Below are positions 1 through 14,950 of a stretch of DNA of 64,000 nucleotides, piece by piece (the stretch's first letter is position 1; the number at the start of each line of letters is the position of its first letter). The DNA comes from Blastocystis sp. Blastoise (lineage: Eukaryota > Protista > Bigyra: Opalinata). The translations under genes were made by a program, and so were the position numbers. The stretch lies in the NCBI GenBank assembly GCA_039096225.1, contig JBBPEB010000012.1, positions 1-64,000 on the forward strand. The letters run 5' to 3'. The notes beneath the pieces were generated by a model that saw only the letters and a list, made by a program, of their open reading frames with translations, was not told where the DNA came from and made no database searches.

Positions 1-1489
1 ACATAAATAAAAATTACTAATATATATATATATATACTATTTTCTTATAGATACCTCTAGTAATCTATAGAGTGAGTCACCTAATATGTATTCCTGTTTA
101 TTAGTCTTTTTATTTGACTGTAGAATATAAATGTATAACAAATAATGCAAATAAATAAATAACAAATAAAATAAATAAATTTAGCAAATAATATAAATAA
201 CTAAATATATATACACTATCATAATTCAAGTTACAAGACTACTAATCTCTCTTTTATACTTCTCTGTTATTCTTTATATATAATAATACGATCTGAACCT
301 AAATATAAATAAATATAAATATACTCATATATATTAAATAAAAACAATATATATATATATGTATATAAATTCTTCTTAATAATAATAAAAATATTTCAAT
401 ATACCATAATATTTAATTAAAATTGTTTTAAACATTATTTTCTAATTAAAATTTCCTATATAGGAAATAAATAAAATTAAAAATACAATAACAAAAAATA
501 TATATAAAAAAAGTATTGAAATAATAAATAAATTTTATACATATATAATAAAATATTGAATTACCAAATTAACAGTAGATATAATGTAAAACAACTATTT
601 CCAATATATTTATATCTAGTATAATTAAATTAATATAATAAGCATATGAATTAAATAAAAAACAAAATAAAATATATATATATATGTATATAAATATTTA
701 CCTATAAGAATTTTTGAAGATTTTGTTTGTTTTATAATTTAGAACATTCAAGACACCAGAATGACATCAAAGTATTAATTTCGATATTCTAAACTAAAAT
801 AAATAAATAATATGAAATAATAAATATATACAAAAACAAATGATCTCCCATTTTCTCATTTTTTTGATTTTTTTTTAATTTATTTTGATTTAGAACTGTT
901 TGTATACCTTGTGAGATTGTTCTGAATCACTCCAATTATGATTAACCTATATATAAATAATAATAATTATCAACATTTACAATACTTTGTGGAACATATT
1001 TCTTCCTGTTTCATCACAACTTGATCATAGTCTGATAACGTCAGGTATTGCCAATAAACTATAAATATAAATAAATAAAAATATAATTATAATTAAGTTT
1101 TCCAGTATCAAATAAACATAAATTATTACAACTATACAGGTGGCAAACACTTTCTATAATAATTAGTAAAAAAATTAATTAATTATATTAATTATTCATT
1201 CAGAATATATATTATAAAAAGTAATCTTTATTTCAAAAGAAAAATAATAGAAAAATTTCACTTATTTTTTATATTTTTTTTCTTTTTAGAAAAACAAAAT
1301 ATATTCTTGGATATAGTTGAATTACATACCCATTTTGGGAATATATTATATCGATTTTATTTTTTTTTTTGGTTATTTTGGTACCCAAAACTGAATCTAA
1401 TAAAAAAAAAAACTGCCTACTAGTGATATATATTATAACAGTTTACAATCCACTTCTGTTTCATGTATCATCATATGTTTATCATCAAT

Positions 1490-4250
1490 TTTATCTATCT
1501 AATATATCAGTATTATAGAAATTTACATTATTTAATATTATTCAATAACTATATTTGATAATTATTCTATTCAAATATTATCATCAATTCATTCAAATAT
1601 ATATTTTTATTATATTATATAACTAAATATCATATTAATCAAATAAGAATGATTCTATTTGTATAATAATATCATTAATATTATTTTTTATAAAATTCAT
1701 TATAGTATGAATAATAAATCTTAATCATTTTCATCATTCTTTATATTTTTATTATTAGTATTTGAATTATTATTTGAGTTATTATTAGCAGTAGTATTAA
1801 CATCAATAATATCATTAATATTACTAATGTCTTATGAATATCTATTTAAATATTATTATTATTATGATTATAAGATTGATTCCCTGTTTGTGAATGAAAC
1901 ATAATATAATATGATAATGAAAAATATTTAGTAGCTCTTCAACAAATAAAAATACCTGTAGAAGAAAGAAATGAAGGAGAAATAGGATAAGTAATACCCT
2001 CATTATCATTTATATTCATATTATTATTGATATTAGTATTATTAGAAAAATTAGTTTTGATTGTTAGCCTTGAATTCGAAGATATAGTAATAATAGTAGT
2101 AGTAACTAATAATGGTGATAAAGAACTCGGTAATGATTGAATTGGAGATAAACAAATAGTATGGCTTCGTTTAGTCTTATAATAAGAAGGTATAGTAAAA
2201 GAAGTAGTAATAATAGTAGTTGCTGTTGTAATAGAAGTAATAGGATGATCAGTCGTTGTATAGTAGTAATTGATTTAGATGAGAATGTAGGAACAGGCAT
2301 ACTATTAGAGTTAGTTAAATGATTCATATCAGAACTATTATTATGATAAGAAGAAAGAGATTCTGAAGTCATAGAGAAAGAGTATATTGTGTAGATTAGA
2401 TAAAGAATGGATAGTATATGATGTAGGAGGAAGACTATTACTAACAGTAGTATGTATAGGATTAAAAAAGTAGAAATAGTAATAGTAGTAGCATTAGGAA
2501 TATAAATATTATTATTAGCAGTGTCTTCCCTGTCACTGGACGAAATTGCCACGTGGCAATTGTCACCAAAATTTGTGACAAAATATTTATTTTTGACAGT
2601 GTAATTTTATATTTTTATGACTAAGTCAATTTAAGTCTGGCTGAAAGTGACAGTCAGCTATTGTCATGGCAATTGTCACAAAAGTCAGGGAAGACATTGA
2701 TTATTAGTAGCAATTATAGAATTATTATTTATATTGTTATTAGTAGTAGTAATAACATTATTATTTGTAGAAGACATATTATTAATAGTAGAAATAAATA
2801 CCATATTATTATTGTATGCGATATTATTTTCATTAGTATTATTATTATTCATAATACTAATAGTATTATAAATCATATTATTAGCATCAGTTTTCATAAT
2901 CTTATGTTCTTATTTTATGTGAACTAACGATTGATTCTTCTCATTATATGAGATATTATTATCATTCTTTGCAGAATTATTAATAGTATAATTCTGATCT
3001 TCTGTTGATATAGATAATGGTATATATATATTAAAAGAATGTTCTGTAGGATCTAATATATCATTTGATTGAATATTAGGATTATTATCTTCATTATTAT
3101 TATTATTATTATCTGAGATATTATTATCTTCATTATTATCATTATTTGAATAATGTGTATCTATAGAAGGATTAGATGAATATATATCTATATTATATAA
3201 AATATATTTAGAAGAAGGAAGAAGACCAACAGGAATAGTATAATGAGTAGTTTCACAATGATTATGTATATATATGTAGATAAACTATGCGATATAGTAG
3301 AAGATAAATTATAAATACAAGAAGAAGAAGAAGAAGAATGACTAAGAAAACGTAATGATGAATGTTTTGTTTTAGAATATTCTGTTGTTTCTGTTAATGA
3401 TATATTATTATCATATACTGTAGATATACTATTTGAATGAAATCGATTATTTTGAGGTATTCTATTTATACTATTCTTCTTTTTAAATAATTTTTTATCT
3501 TGAAGAATTATAGGACTTAATGTATTCTTATTTATATACTCATTTTATGAATCATTATAATGGTTTATAGTTATTGTATTAGTTAATATAACTTTATTTG
3601 AATTATTATTATTTATTGAATTATTATTAGTATTCACAGAAATATTACTACTTATAAAACTTGATGTATCTTCTTCATTTGTTGTAGTTAAATATGTAGA
3701 AAGGATAGAACATGTATTTTGAGATATAGATATATATATCAGAATATATACTATTTTCTCGAATAGAAGAATATGATTTAGTATAATCGTTTGATATAGG
3801 TATAGTTGAAGATGATAAAGTTTTTGTTGAATAATTAGAAGAATCTGTAAATGAATGAGATGAAGAAGAAGGAATAGTAGATGAAGATCTATGTATAGTT
3901 GTAATAGGAGAAATATTTGTATTATTAATAGAAGGAGAAGGAGATATAGAAGGAGAAATTGAACGAAGTGGAATAGATGAATGAGATTTCAGAGTTGAAA
4001 GCACAGAAGGACTTTTTCGATTCATAAATAATCACGTAAATAATGTGTTATTCCAATGTGAAAGAGAAACTCGATTTGATTTATCTTTTTGTTGTGAGGA
4101 TCGCATAGAAGAAGGAGATACAATTGTATTATTATTATTATTATTATATATAACAATAATAGTAATATTTATTTTTTAAGAATTTCTTCAAATTCAGAAT
4201 GAATTTGTTTCATCACATTATATGCTTTAATATCATAAATTATTCTATAA
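1490..4250 (-). pseudogene. Decayed gene for a Ser/Asn/Pro-rich low-complexity protein (fragments 3675-4025, 2685-2897, 2106-2552)
   Basis: Minus-strand ORF fragments share S/N/P-rich composition and are separated by stops and frameshifts. One example is an in-frame TGA just upstream of 4025 (TLFT*LFMNRKSP). A MITE interrupts the frame at 2519-2699. Boundaries are approximate. Confidence 0.4.
2519..2699. mobile_element. Non-autonomous hAT-type DNA transposon (MITE), 181 bp
   Basis: TIRs CAGTGTCTTCCCTG (2519-2532) and CAGGGAAGACATTG (2686-2699) match at 13/14. Perfect 8-bp TSD ATTATTAG at 2511-2518 and 2700-2707. Repeated TGTCAC/GTGACA subterminal motifs. GC-richer than flanks, no ORF. Confidence 0.9.
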
Positions 4251-5570
4251 TCATAATATTATTATTTAAAATAGAATTTCATAAATTATTTTTAAATAGA
4301 TAAATATAAGTAACTACATTAATAGGAGAATAGAATAATGATGTTCAAGATGCATTAATATTTATGACTATAAAAAATATATAAAAATAACATATAACTA
4401 TAATAAGAATAAATATATTAATTATAACCATATAAGAATATATATATACCTATAGAATAGTTCTTCTTCCATTTATAATCGATATTTCAATATATATATA
4501 AGTTTAGTATATTTAATAATGTTTATATCTTTCTTTTAACACTTCTAAACCATATACAACAATTTATTTCTTTTATTCTTAGATAATAATATATCTTATA
4601 TAAATCTATATATTTATATATTCATTAATAAGATATTTTTTAACATAAAAATAATTCAAATATAAGCTATTTTCAAAGCTAACAATTCAAATATAATATT
4701 CAATTAATATATTTCAAAAAATAATTCCTTTTTAAATAATAAAGACCAAATATAGTATATATTGAATATATATAGAATAGCATTCAAATAGCTATTTAAT
4801 GATTAATATTTGAATTGTTTTCTCTCTCTATATATGTATTTTTATCAGTTCTTCTTTTGGAAATATATATATATATATATACATTATCAAGGTAGTAAGT
4901 ATATTAAATAGATCAAATGGATCTCAAATGAATAAGATGAATCATCCTCTATATAATATTTATGTATTATATATATATATATTATTATTATTATATATAA
5001 TAGATACATATTATACAAACAATATATATATAATAAATATATATTATACAATATATTTATATACATCAAGTTGTTGGAAGCCCTTAAGAATATAATTCTT
5101 GTAAATGGGAGATATGAATTGTTGTAAGAGTAAGAATAATGATTTGAAGGTAAGAAGATGAAATGTATGAACTCTTAGAAGATAATAATGTATATAAATC
5201 TATAGAGATATAATATTTGTTGTTCTATAACTTTTATAAAAGAAATAATTTAAAAAGTTTAGAGAGAAATATACAGATTCAAAATAGTAGTTGAGAAACT
5301 ACATATATATATGCTTGATAAAAATAGAATAAAAAAGAATAATAGATAGATTATTAAGTGTCATGAGTATCTATATAACATAGAAGAGAGAAATATACAA
5401 AATATTTTACATTATTATATATATAATAATACATATATACAAAACTATCATCTTTATAAAATGGTATTAATGAGAATATCACATGATTCCATTCATTTAA
5501 TTTAAGAGTATAAACATATTCATAATGTAAAATATATTTACAAACTTTTCCCTATAATAATAATAATAAT

Positions 5571-5738
5571 TTCTCTCTTCCCTAAACACTTTTTTTACAG
5601 CAATTGTCATAAAAAATGTGACACCTTTGTTATTTTTTAACAATTTAAAATATTTTTATATTCAACTGTATTAAGTCTGATTTAAATGTCTTTCTATGAT
5701 AGTCACAATAAGTACCACAAAATATTTGGAAGACACCA
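5571..5738. mobile_element. Degenerate copy of the same MITE family
   Basis: Same ordered motifs as 2519-2699 (TCTTCCCT...GCAATTGTCA...TGTGACA...TTAAGTCTG...GGAAGACAC) over a similar length. Termini are eroded. Confidence 0.55.
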
Positions 5739-6640
5739 ATAATATATTATTTATATCTCATTAAATCTATCTTTTTTATTATTTATTCAAATTTTCTATA
5801 TTATTCTATTATTCATCTATATTTATACTCTTCATCATAATAAAAACTATTCTCATAATCATTCTTATTTTATAATAGTTATAAATACTATTAAAATGTT
5901 CATTTGGCTACTTTTGAAAATTGTATACTATTCATGAATTCTATACTATTCTCAACTTATTCATGTTTATAAATTGTTTCTTTATTATATTTAAAAAATT
6001 CATTTATTTTTATTATTAATATTTAATTGTATTTGTTCATTTCTTTTAAATAATATTCATTCTATACATTTATTTTACTCATATTTATATTTATTATTTT
6101 TCAACAATGATATAATTTATTTTCTATTATTTAATTGATATTCATACATATAGTATTCCTATTATTATTGTTGATAAAAAAATATCATTTTTTTAATAAA
6201 TAAAAGAATAAAAACATTTTTCATTTTATATTATAAATAACTAATTATTGTTTTGAACTTTCAATAAGATTTTTTTAATTATTTAAATAAACGATAATGT
6301 ATTGATGTTTATTATTATCATAGAATTCCTATCCTTCATATATTTTATTGTTTTTATTCTTATAATTTATATATTATCCTTTGTTATACATCTATAAAAT
6401 AAATTTTTTAATAAATAATATTTTTAGTAAAAACTATTTATTTATTATTGAAAATATTGTATAGTAAATAATATTGATAACTTTAATTGTATGAATGCAG
6501 TTAGAAAACAATTAACAAAACTATTTTTTATATTCTTTTAAATTTAATATATATATTGAAAAAAAATTTCTCAATAAAGAAAAGAAAACAATATATATAA
6601 AGAGAGAAAATAAAAAAGAAATAGTAATTTATTATTCTTT

Positions 6641-8313
6641 TTATGCTCTTCCCCAGACTTCATAATCTTCTACTTTATAATTATTTTGAGAATTAGAGTT
6701 ATTTGTATTTACAAATAATGATGATTTCTGAGGAGTATTCACTTCAGAATAAGAACGTGCATTACAATAAGAACTAGTATTACTATGACATTGATCAGAT
6801 ATATGGATATCATTGCCACCTCCAAATGTTGGACCATAAGAAGAACCACAACATATACCATAACTACTATTCGTATTATCATATTTAGTAGGAAGAATAC
6901 CATGTTCATTACTTAATGTAAATAGAAATTCATTAGAATAAGATTTATTACCTATATAAATTATATTGAATAATTATTATAAAATAAATAAACATACAAT
7001 TGCTTGTTCTAGATTCCCAACTTTGATCTGTATATCCTCCAAATATATTAATATGATTATTTTTACCTATATGTTTGATTATAGTTACTGTTTCTCCTTT
7101 ATTATTGCAATATTTATGAAATTCACTTGCAGAATAATTATGTTCACTTGCTCTATATATATAATAATGATATAATATAATAAAATATATATACCTAAAT
7201 AATAATTTCCATTTCTTTTCTTTACCTAACCAATTTACTAATGGAGTTTCCAATGAATGATCCATTATTATTTTTGTGCCCACAAAATATTGAGGAATCA
7301 TCATTGCTTCTTTAACCTTTTCTTTTCCTTTATCACCAAATACACTATACATTTCATTCTCTAATAATTCTCTATTTATATTTTTTGCTTCTTCTTCAGA
7401 AATATAAATATAATTATATTGAATATATTCATCAATATGATCAATATATTTATAATTCATCTTCATAAACATTTCATTATTCTTTTCATCATAATCTACA
7501 TATCCATTACCATATTCATTAACAATCTTATTCATTAATCCATTCTTCTTCCAATAATCTCTTAATATATCATCTTTCTTATCATTTATATAAAGAATAA
7601 CATCATCATCTTCTTCATATTTCTTAATATTGTGATCTCTTTGGTAATAAACTTTCATTAATTCTTCAGGAATAGGTAAATAACAATATTCAAACATTTT
7701 TAATAAATCAATTTGATCTCCAAATTTCAATTTATCAATATTTATTTTCTTATTCATTAAAGAATCAATTAGTAAAGGAAAAAGTGTTTCATCACCACGA
7801 TAATCAAAAAAAATAGTACCATCAACACTTCTTTTATCTTCTTGAGAATATTCATATAAATATGTTCCTACTAAACTATTTGTTATTCTTTTAGGAAGAG
7901 AATAAACTGGACCGCTACTTGTGAATCGAATATAATCAATTCCATTATCATTATTATTCATATTTAAATCATTTTCATTCAGAAAAGAAGATTCTTGGAT
8001 AATTATATGTGGATCATCACCATTCTTATCATTCCTTCCTTCACAATTTCTTACAGATTGTTTTACCAACTCATTTATAGATTCACCTGAGTGAATACAG
8101 AAACTTATTGACTTACTTAAAATACCAATCAAATCACCAATCAGTCTTTCAAAATGAATTACATCCTTCTGAATATCACCAATCTTATCAGCATCAAATT
8201 CTACCTTCTCTTTCACCATTCCTAATAATAAAAGAAATAAAAAAAAAATGAAAACTTTTTAAAAACTCTTTTTCTATCCTATATAGAGAAACTTGTTTCT
8301 CTAATTCAGAATT
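6641..8313 (-). CDS. BTB/T1-like N-terminal plus TLDc domain protein (spliced; 5' end unresolved)
   Basis: TLDc motifs WKLLFR|ASEHNYSASEFHKYCNNKGETVTII...IFGGYTDQSW. Last exon reads FLFTL...YGPTFGGGNDIHISD...VEDYEVWGRA*, TAA at 6641-6643. GT-AG introns join the exons in frame. The N-terminal DGTIFFDYRGDETLFPLLIDSL resembles a T1-type BTB (inference). Confidence 0.85.
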
Positions 8314-10030
8314 CTAGTTAATAAACTGAATGAAAATAAATTTTTTTTATGCCTTAAAAATTTATAATAATCGTAAATATTTATGAAAAACTAGATTTTC
8401 ACCAATTCACGATTATTTTTGATTCATTGACTTTTATTCTAAAATAAATATAGATTATTTACAAATTTTTTTATTCATTTTTTATATTTCTTTATCATTC
8501 AATAAAATTGCATTTATAAAGAAAAATTTTTGATTTTGTTATTTATAAATCATGGAATCTACAAGAATAACACTAAAATAGATCAAAATAAACAAATAAT
8601 TATCATTCTTTATTCCATTAGCTAAGATAGCAAGTCAATTCTATATTAAATTTAAATCAGAGTGTTCTGAATATTAATAATTTTCATTAATTACTTTTGA
8701 ATTTCTACTTTTATTCACAATTTGGTTTTTATCTTCTTCATAGGATCTATTTGAACTTCAATTCATATTCTATGTTATTTAAATAATTATAATTCACATG
8801 AATCACTGATCTAAATCATAATTTTGATGTTTCTTTAGCTAATCATTCCAATTCTATCCTCGATTTAATATTTTTATATATTTATTACATTCATAATATA
8901 ATTCTCTACCCATTCAAATCACTTTATTTCTTTCAATTTCAATATCCTTCTAGTTAATTAAAAATCATTATTTTTTTCTATTTTTATTCTTTAAAAAAAT
9001 TAATCCTAATATATCTTATACTCCTTATAATCATCATGTAAATGAGTATATTATTTCCATCCAAACAATTATTATCACTTTTATTTTTATATACTATTCA
9101 ACAAAAAATAATTATCTAAGATACTTAACTTATATATATTTACCATATTCATCTATAGACCAAATATGATTAGCTCACAGTACAGAACGTTTCTTATTCA
9201 TTATCTTATTTAAACAATATCAATTATATAATAAATAATTAAATTATGATATAATAGTATATAAAATGATTTCAAGTATAACAAATCATATATACATTTA
9301 ATAACTGTATTTTTTAATATATTTATATTTATAATTAATCATAAAAACATATTTTTTCAATATTTATAAACATGTATAATTCTATTGGATGGCATACTAT
9401 ACTATTAACCTATTTATATCAAAGTCTCAATATGATATTTAATTATATATATACAAAAAACTATTTGGTATTTTATATATTAAGCATGAAAAGAGATTCT
9501 TATATAAACAACATATTTCCTCTATTCTTCTACAGCTTTCTTTGAAACTACTTTTATAAACTGTTAAACAAACATATTATAACACATAAGAAACCCTAAA
9601 ACAAATATTTTTTTAAATATGAAGAATTTGCAATTCTTTTAGAATATAAAAAATAGATCTCAAAATCATTTTTTTTTAATACTTCATATATAGTAGTTAA
9701 CAGTTGTTAAACATTTTTTACTAATCATTATTTGTAGTTATTATAATAAAAATATATCTATTCAAGTATTTATTCTTCTTTAAGAATACCTAATAAGCAC
9801 AATAAAACAATGAATTTATAACAAACAATAATATGTTATTTTAAAAATATCAAATACTGAAAACAACAGCTAACATATATACTGATTATTTTTATTCCAT
9901 TATTTTCAAATAAAATAATAAATTTATATATATATAATTAATAGAAATTTAAATTTTTTTTTAAATAAGAAAATAAATAGATTATATATAAAGCAACAAA
10001 AAAAAACAAATATAAAAGAATTTACTTAAT

Positions 10031-13000
10031 TTAATCGAATTTATAATACACATGATTTTCTAGAATAAACATAGAATCAATCAATTGTTGTTTATATGAA
10101 TTAATGTGTTCATCTGGAATATATTCATCTATACAAAACATTATAGATATATATAACTATATACATACTGATATGAATGACAAATTCTTTCAATTTAGGA
10201 ATTCTTCTTGCAGTTATAAAATTGATCAATTCTAATAAGTGTTCCTCATTATAAATATCTATAAAAAAATATAATTTAAAATATTTATATATATGTATAC
10301 ATATTTCTAAACTTTTTAAACTTTTCGTCTTATTTTCATTTATACAATCAAATAATGTCTCTATTTCATATTCATTTATCGTTTTATCTACATATTATAT
10401 AAATATATATTAGTTACATATATATACCTTCTGTACATTTAATTGTATCCATAAGTGAATGAGTATCCTGTTTACATCGAAGAATAGAAGTATTAGGATC
10501 ATAAATATACTCATAAGAAGAACCACCTATAGAATTAATAACATTAATGAATAATAGTGTATTATTTGGATTGATATACAAGTTAATTGAATACTAGTTG
10601 ATAATGGAAAGTTGTTATGATTCATATATGTGCATAATTTTTGGATAAAACCATTCCACCAATCATTGTCTCTAAATGTTCCTATTAATATATATAATAT
10701 TGAATAAAATGAAATTATATAATAAAGAAATAATACACAAAGATTCATAATTTATAATATATATCTTATTATTACTATAAATATATACGAAACTTGATCA
10801 ATTTCAACTTAGGGAAACTATCTGTAGTATATAGTTCACAAAAGTGTTCATCAGGTATATCATCAGGGTCTATAATAATACAAGTATTAAAATAAGATCA
10901 GATATGTCATGTTTTCTATTGAAAAGTTTTGTTTGCAGAATATATATATACATAAAGAGAATTCAGTTATATTATGGAAACAACCTTTAAGAATCAATCT
11001 ATTTATATCTGTCATATTTCCTTTATAATTATATTTAAATTAATTAAATAATTATTATTGAACATAATCATCATATATATATATATATATAATTACCATA
11101 AATAAAAACAATAGAAGCGATAGGAATCAGTATATTCATTATGTTTTCTAATATTGTGAAATATTCAGAGAATGAGTCTTCCTTGATATAGCGTACTATA
11201 TATTATCATATATTTATAATATAATATACAATTAATCGTTAATTTTTTAATAACTTTAATCTTATTATCATTAAAAGCACTTGATATCCATTTTAAATAT
11301 TCAAAACTTATATTTTCTTCAACTATAGACGTTATACAAAACATAATAATATATAATAAAGAATATACATGAAATATTTAATTCATTCAAATGTTCTAAT
11401 ACACTACTCTTTAAAAATCCTTCCAAAGAATTTCTTATATCATCTTCCATATTATCTATACATGAATATTAATACTATATATTAAATGAATACCATTGAA
11501 TGTAATATCTAAACGATCAATATTATGTTTATACTTTTCAAAATAATCCAATTTTTTGACATTTATAGAATCAGAAGTATCAACTTTATATGAATAAAAA
11601 TAATATATAGCATATAAAATAATATTTTTTTAATATATATATATATATTTTATACTATAAATTTTATCAAAAAAAATAAGATTTTTCTCCAATAATTCTT
11701 TTAAATGTGGAAAACAATAAATCAATCCATCTATATAAAAACAAAGAAATGTAATTGTATAGAGAGTGTAATACTATCAAATATATATACTACAAAGTAA
11801 TGGATTAATTTCATCAATATGAATTGAATGACTATAAACTAGGTTATCTAAAAGAGTAGCTATTTCCTTGTTATTGTTGATATCAATTCTATTTATTCTA
11901 ATAGTATCAATTATTGACATTAAATCCATAGGAAAAAGGAACTCAAAATTACTAGTAGCTAGAATAAAAATAATAGTCATGTATTATATATGAAATTACT
12001 TATTGTAACATTGTAATTGATAATATGTAATTTAGGGAAGCATCCTTTCTTTATTGAAGACAATCTGAAAGATTCTATATATCATATATACTTTATATAA
12101 TATATATCTATACCATCATCATATATAATTTCAGTAACATTCGGAAATACATGTGTTGCCATTATTTTCATAAACAATTTATTATTAATTTTATCAACTA
12201 ATTCTTTAACTATATTAAACAATAATATAAAGTAGTAATATTGACAATAATAACTAGAAATACATACTCCACCTATAATTTAATGTTTTTAAAGAATCAA
12301 AGACACCTTCCAATGATTTTATAATAATCAGAGCCTCATATTTTGAATAGGAATGTACTAGTGTTTGATATTATGTTTATAGTGTATTTATTTACATGTA
12401 TTAAACCATATTTCTGAAATAGAAAAATAAGGACAAAGTTGTAATAATTGAGACATACCCCATTCTGAAGATACTTTATCAATACTATTTGATATATATA
12501 TAAGAATAAATTAATGATATAAATATATATATATATATATATAAATATACCACAATTTTTTATTGTTTTTGTGGTCTATATTATAAGGATTATTAAAAAA
12601 TGCTTGATTATATATTATAAGGATTATAAATGAAAAGTTTTAATTCTATATATATATATATACTATCAAATGTAATTCTAACCGTATCTTTAAGCATATT
12701 ATTACAAATCATTTCACTATTTTTGATTTCTGAATAATCATTTGTATATATAACTTCATTAATACTATTCTTAAATATTTTTGGTAACTGATTTTGTTTT
12801 CTTTTTTTATTATAAGAAACAATCAAATCACGAGAATAATAAATATTTTTAGTATCTAAAGAAGAAATCTTATTATATTCATTCATTTCTGATTCGGTGT
12901 AATACTCATATTTTTACGTTTACTTATTTCATAGTCATTATTATAGTATAGGCGAACATATTCCATTATATATTCTTCACTATTTGGATTCAATATTAAT

Positions 13001-13814
13001 TCAGTTTGTTTACTACTTGTAGTTACTACATATATATAGTAAAACAAATATATATATATACTATTTATTGTTAATTCGTTTAATGAAGGGAATATATCTT
13101 TAATACACAATGGACATATATATTCTAATGGAATATTTGAAGAATAATCATCTATATATATTTATTTATTATTTTAATATCTATTTACATTCAATTTCAA
13201 CTATAATAATATTCATCAGTTTAATAAGTAATGAATAATAGAATAATTCTTCTCTTCGTTGTTGTGTAAATAAGCCTATACATATTATTTGTAAATAATA
13301 ATATAACTATACCTTTTATACTTATTTTTTTTCAAGTTGGATTAAATAATTCAATAGGATAATCATCATCCAACAGGTTTCTATTGTCATAACCTATAAA
13401 TATCTCATAATTATTCTCTTTCAGATACTCTGCAAATAATTTTTTAATATGAAAGAATAAATCACTTTGAATTTCATTATCAAGTGTAACTGAATATTCA
13501 AAAAGTGTTTTATATATATCATAAGTGTCTCGCAGATTTAAAGAAGAAATATCTTGGTTTTCATCATTAAATAAAGAAATAACTTTATTCATGCTCATTG
13601 AAGGTATATCTATATAATAGCTACCATCCTTAAATTGTTCAGAGTGTTGAATAATATCATAAAAGGGTAATTGAGGATATTTCTCAATAAAATCTCTAGA
13701 AATCCATAATTGCGTCTCATCTTGAAATGTAAATAAATCTAAAAACATATAAATTGGTTGTAATCATACTCACATGCATTTATCTTCTGTTAATAAAGAC
13801 TTGTTTTCTGACAT
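10031..13814 (-). pseudogene. Lineage-specific multi-exon gene (BTB-like N-terminus plus degenerate LRR-like FPxL repeats), copy A, with lesions
   Basis: ATG at 13814 (MSENKSLL...), TAA at 10031-10033, exon-by-exon homology with 37826-41630. In-frame TGA at 13332-13334 and a frameshift near 12912 (KRKNMSIT versus paralog frame KYEYYTESEM). Confidence 0.7.
13739..13777 (-). other. GC-AG intron (39 nt), first intron of copy A
   Basis: AAA T|GCATGT...TTTAG|AT TTA TTT restores DKYLFTF. Paralog B has AAA T|GTATTT at the identical position. Confidence 0.7.
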
Positions 13815-14689
13815 CACTTGAATTCAACTATAAAAATAACATAATTATAAAGTATTATTCTTCGGAAATGCATTTCTATATAATATATTCAATAAATACT
13901 TTGAAAATAGTTGTATTCTATATAAAAAACAATGAATCAATGAAAGCAAGGAAAATTAAAACTTGCAAATTTGTAGAAAAGACATATATGGAATTACTCT
14001 TAGTTACTAATTGATATTAAGTGTAATTATATAGCATTTCAAAGTGAATGAACAAGTATCAAAAAAGAATCACGATTATATATTTTTTTAAAGCGAGAAA
14101 TTAAAAAGTGAAAAATATTATTTCTTTTAAATCTTTTTTAACTCTTTTATATCGTTAAAATAACTTATTCAATTCAATATAGTTGATTATGTTCGTTAAA
14201 ATACTTAGAGAACATGAATATACTCAAATAATTTATTTTCATGATCAAAAAAAGAAATACAAACATCAAAATTACTAAATAAACATAAATGAACGTATTA
14301 TTGGCTGCTTTAATCAAATGTTAGCAAAGTATATTTCAAATAAAAGTCAAATATTCGCAATTCTTCAACAAATTATTTTCAAAATCCTATATTAATCTTC
14401 ATGAGAAGCTATTTAAGAAGTCTAGAATGATCTATGATGTCACGAGATGTCAATTATTTATTCTTTACTGGAGTTTCAACAAGAAAGAAACAATTAACAG
14501 TGATTCTCTTCTTGTTTTTGAAATAATAGCAATATTATATTCCATGAAGTTACAAAAATATATTCTATCAAATTATAATAATTATAACATGAATATACCT
14601 TATGTATACCAATTGAAACAAGCAATTCATCTTTATTTCCTGATATTCATGCTATTTACGTTATTATTATATTATATATAAATTAATAT

Positions 14690-14950
14690 TTATCAAGAAT
14701 CTATTCATGTACATAGATTGAAAACAGTGGAAGAATATGAAGTTGATTCATCTACTGAATTCTCTACAAGCATTTCATTGCTACTCTTTATTGTATAAAG
14801 TATTTTGAAGAAATAGTTCACATTATTAAATACATAAAGATCCTCTTCATATACTAAATCATTTATAAATCTAAATCTATGAGTTTATATTTCTTTATGA
14901 CACTGATATTGATATGTAAAGACTCTTCATATTATAATTTGTTATAAAAC
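14690..14950 (-). pseudogene. Short degraded coding remnant
   Basis: Coding-like minus-strand stretch (EESLHINISVIKKYKLIDLDL...DLVYEEDLYVFNNVNYFFKIL) broken by stops and frameshifts. Confidence 0.3.

Noticed and set aside
13332-13334. In-frame TGA here and near 4036, suggesting a variant genetic code
   Set aside because: The 4,765-codon ORF and other intact genes use TGG for Trp with no internal TGA. Both cases lie in genes with other lesions.
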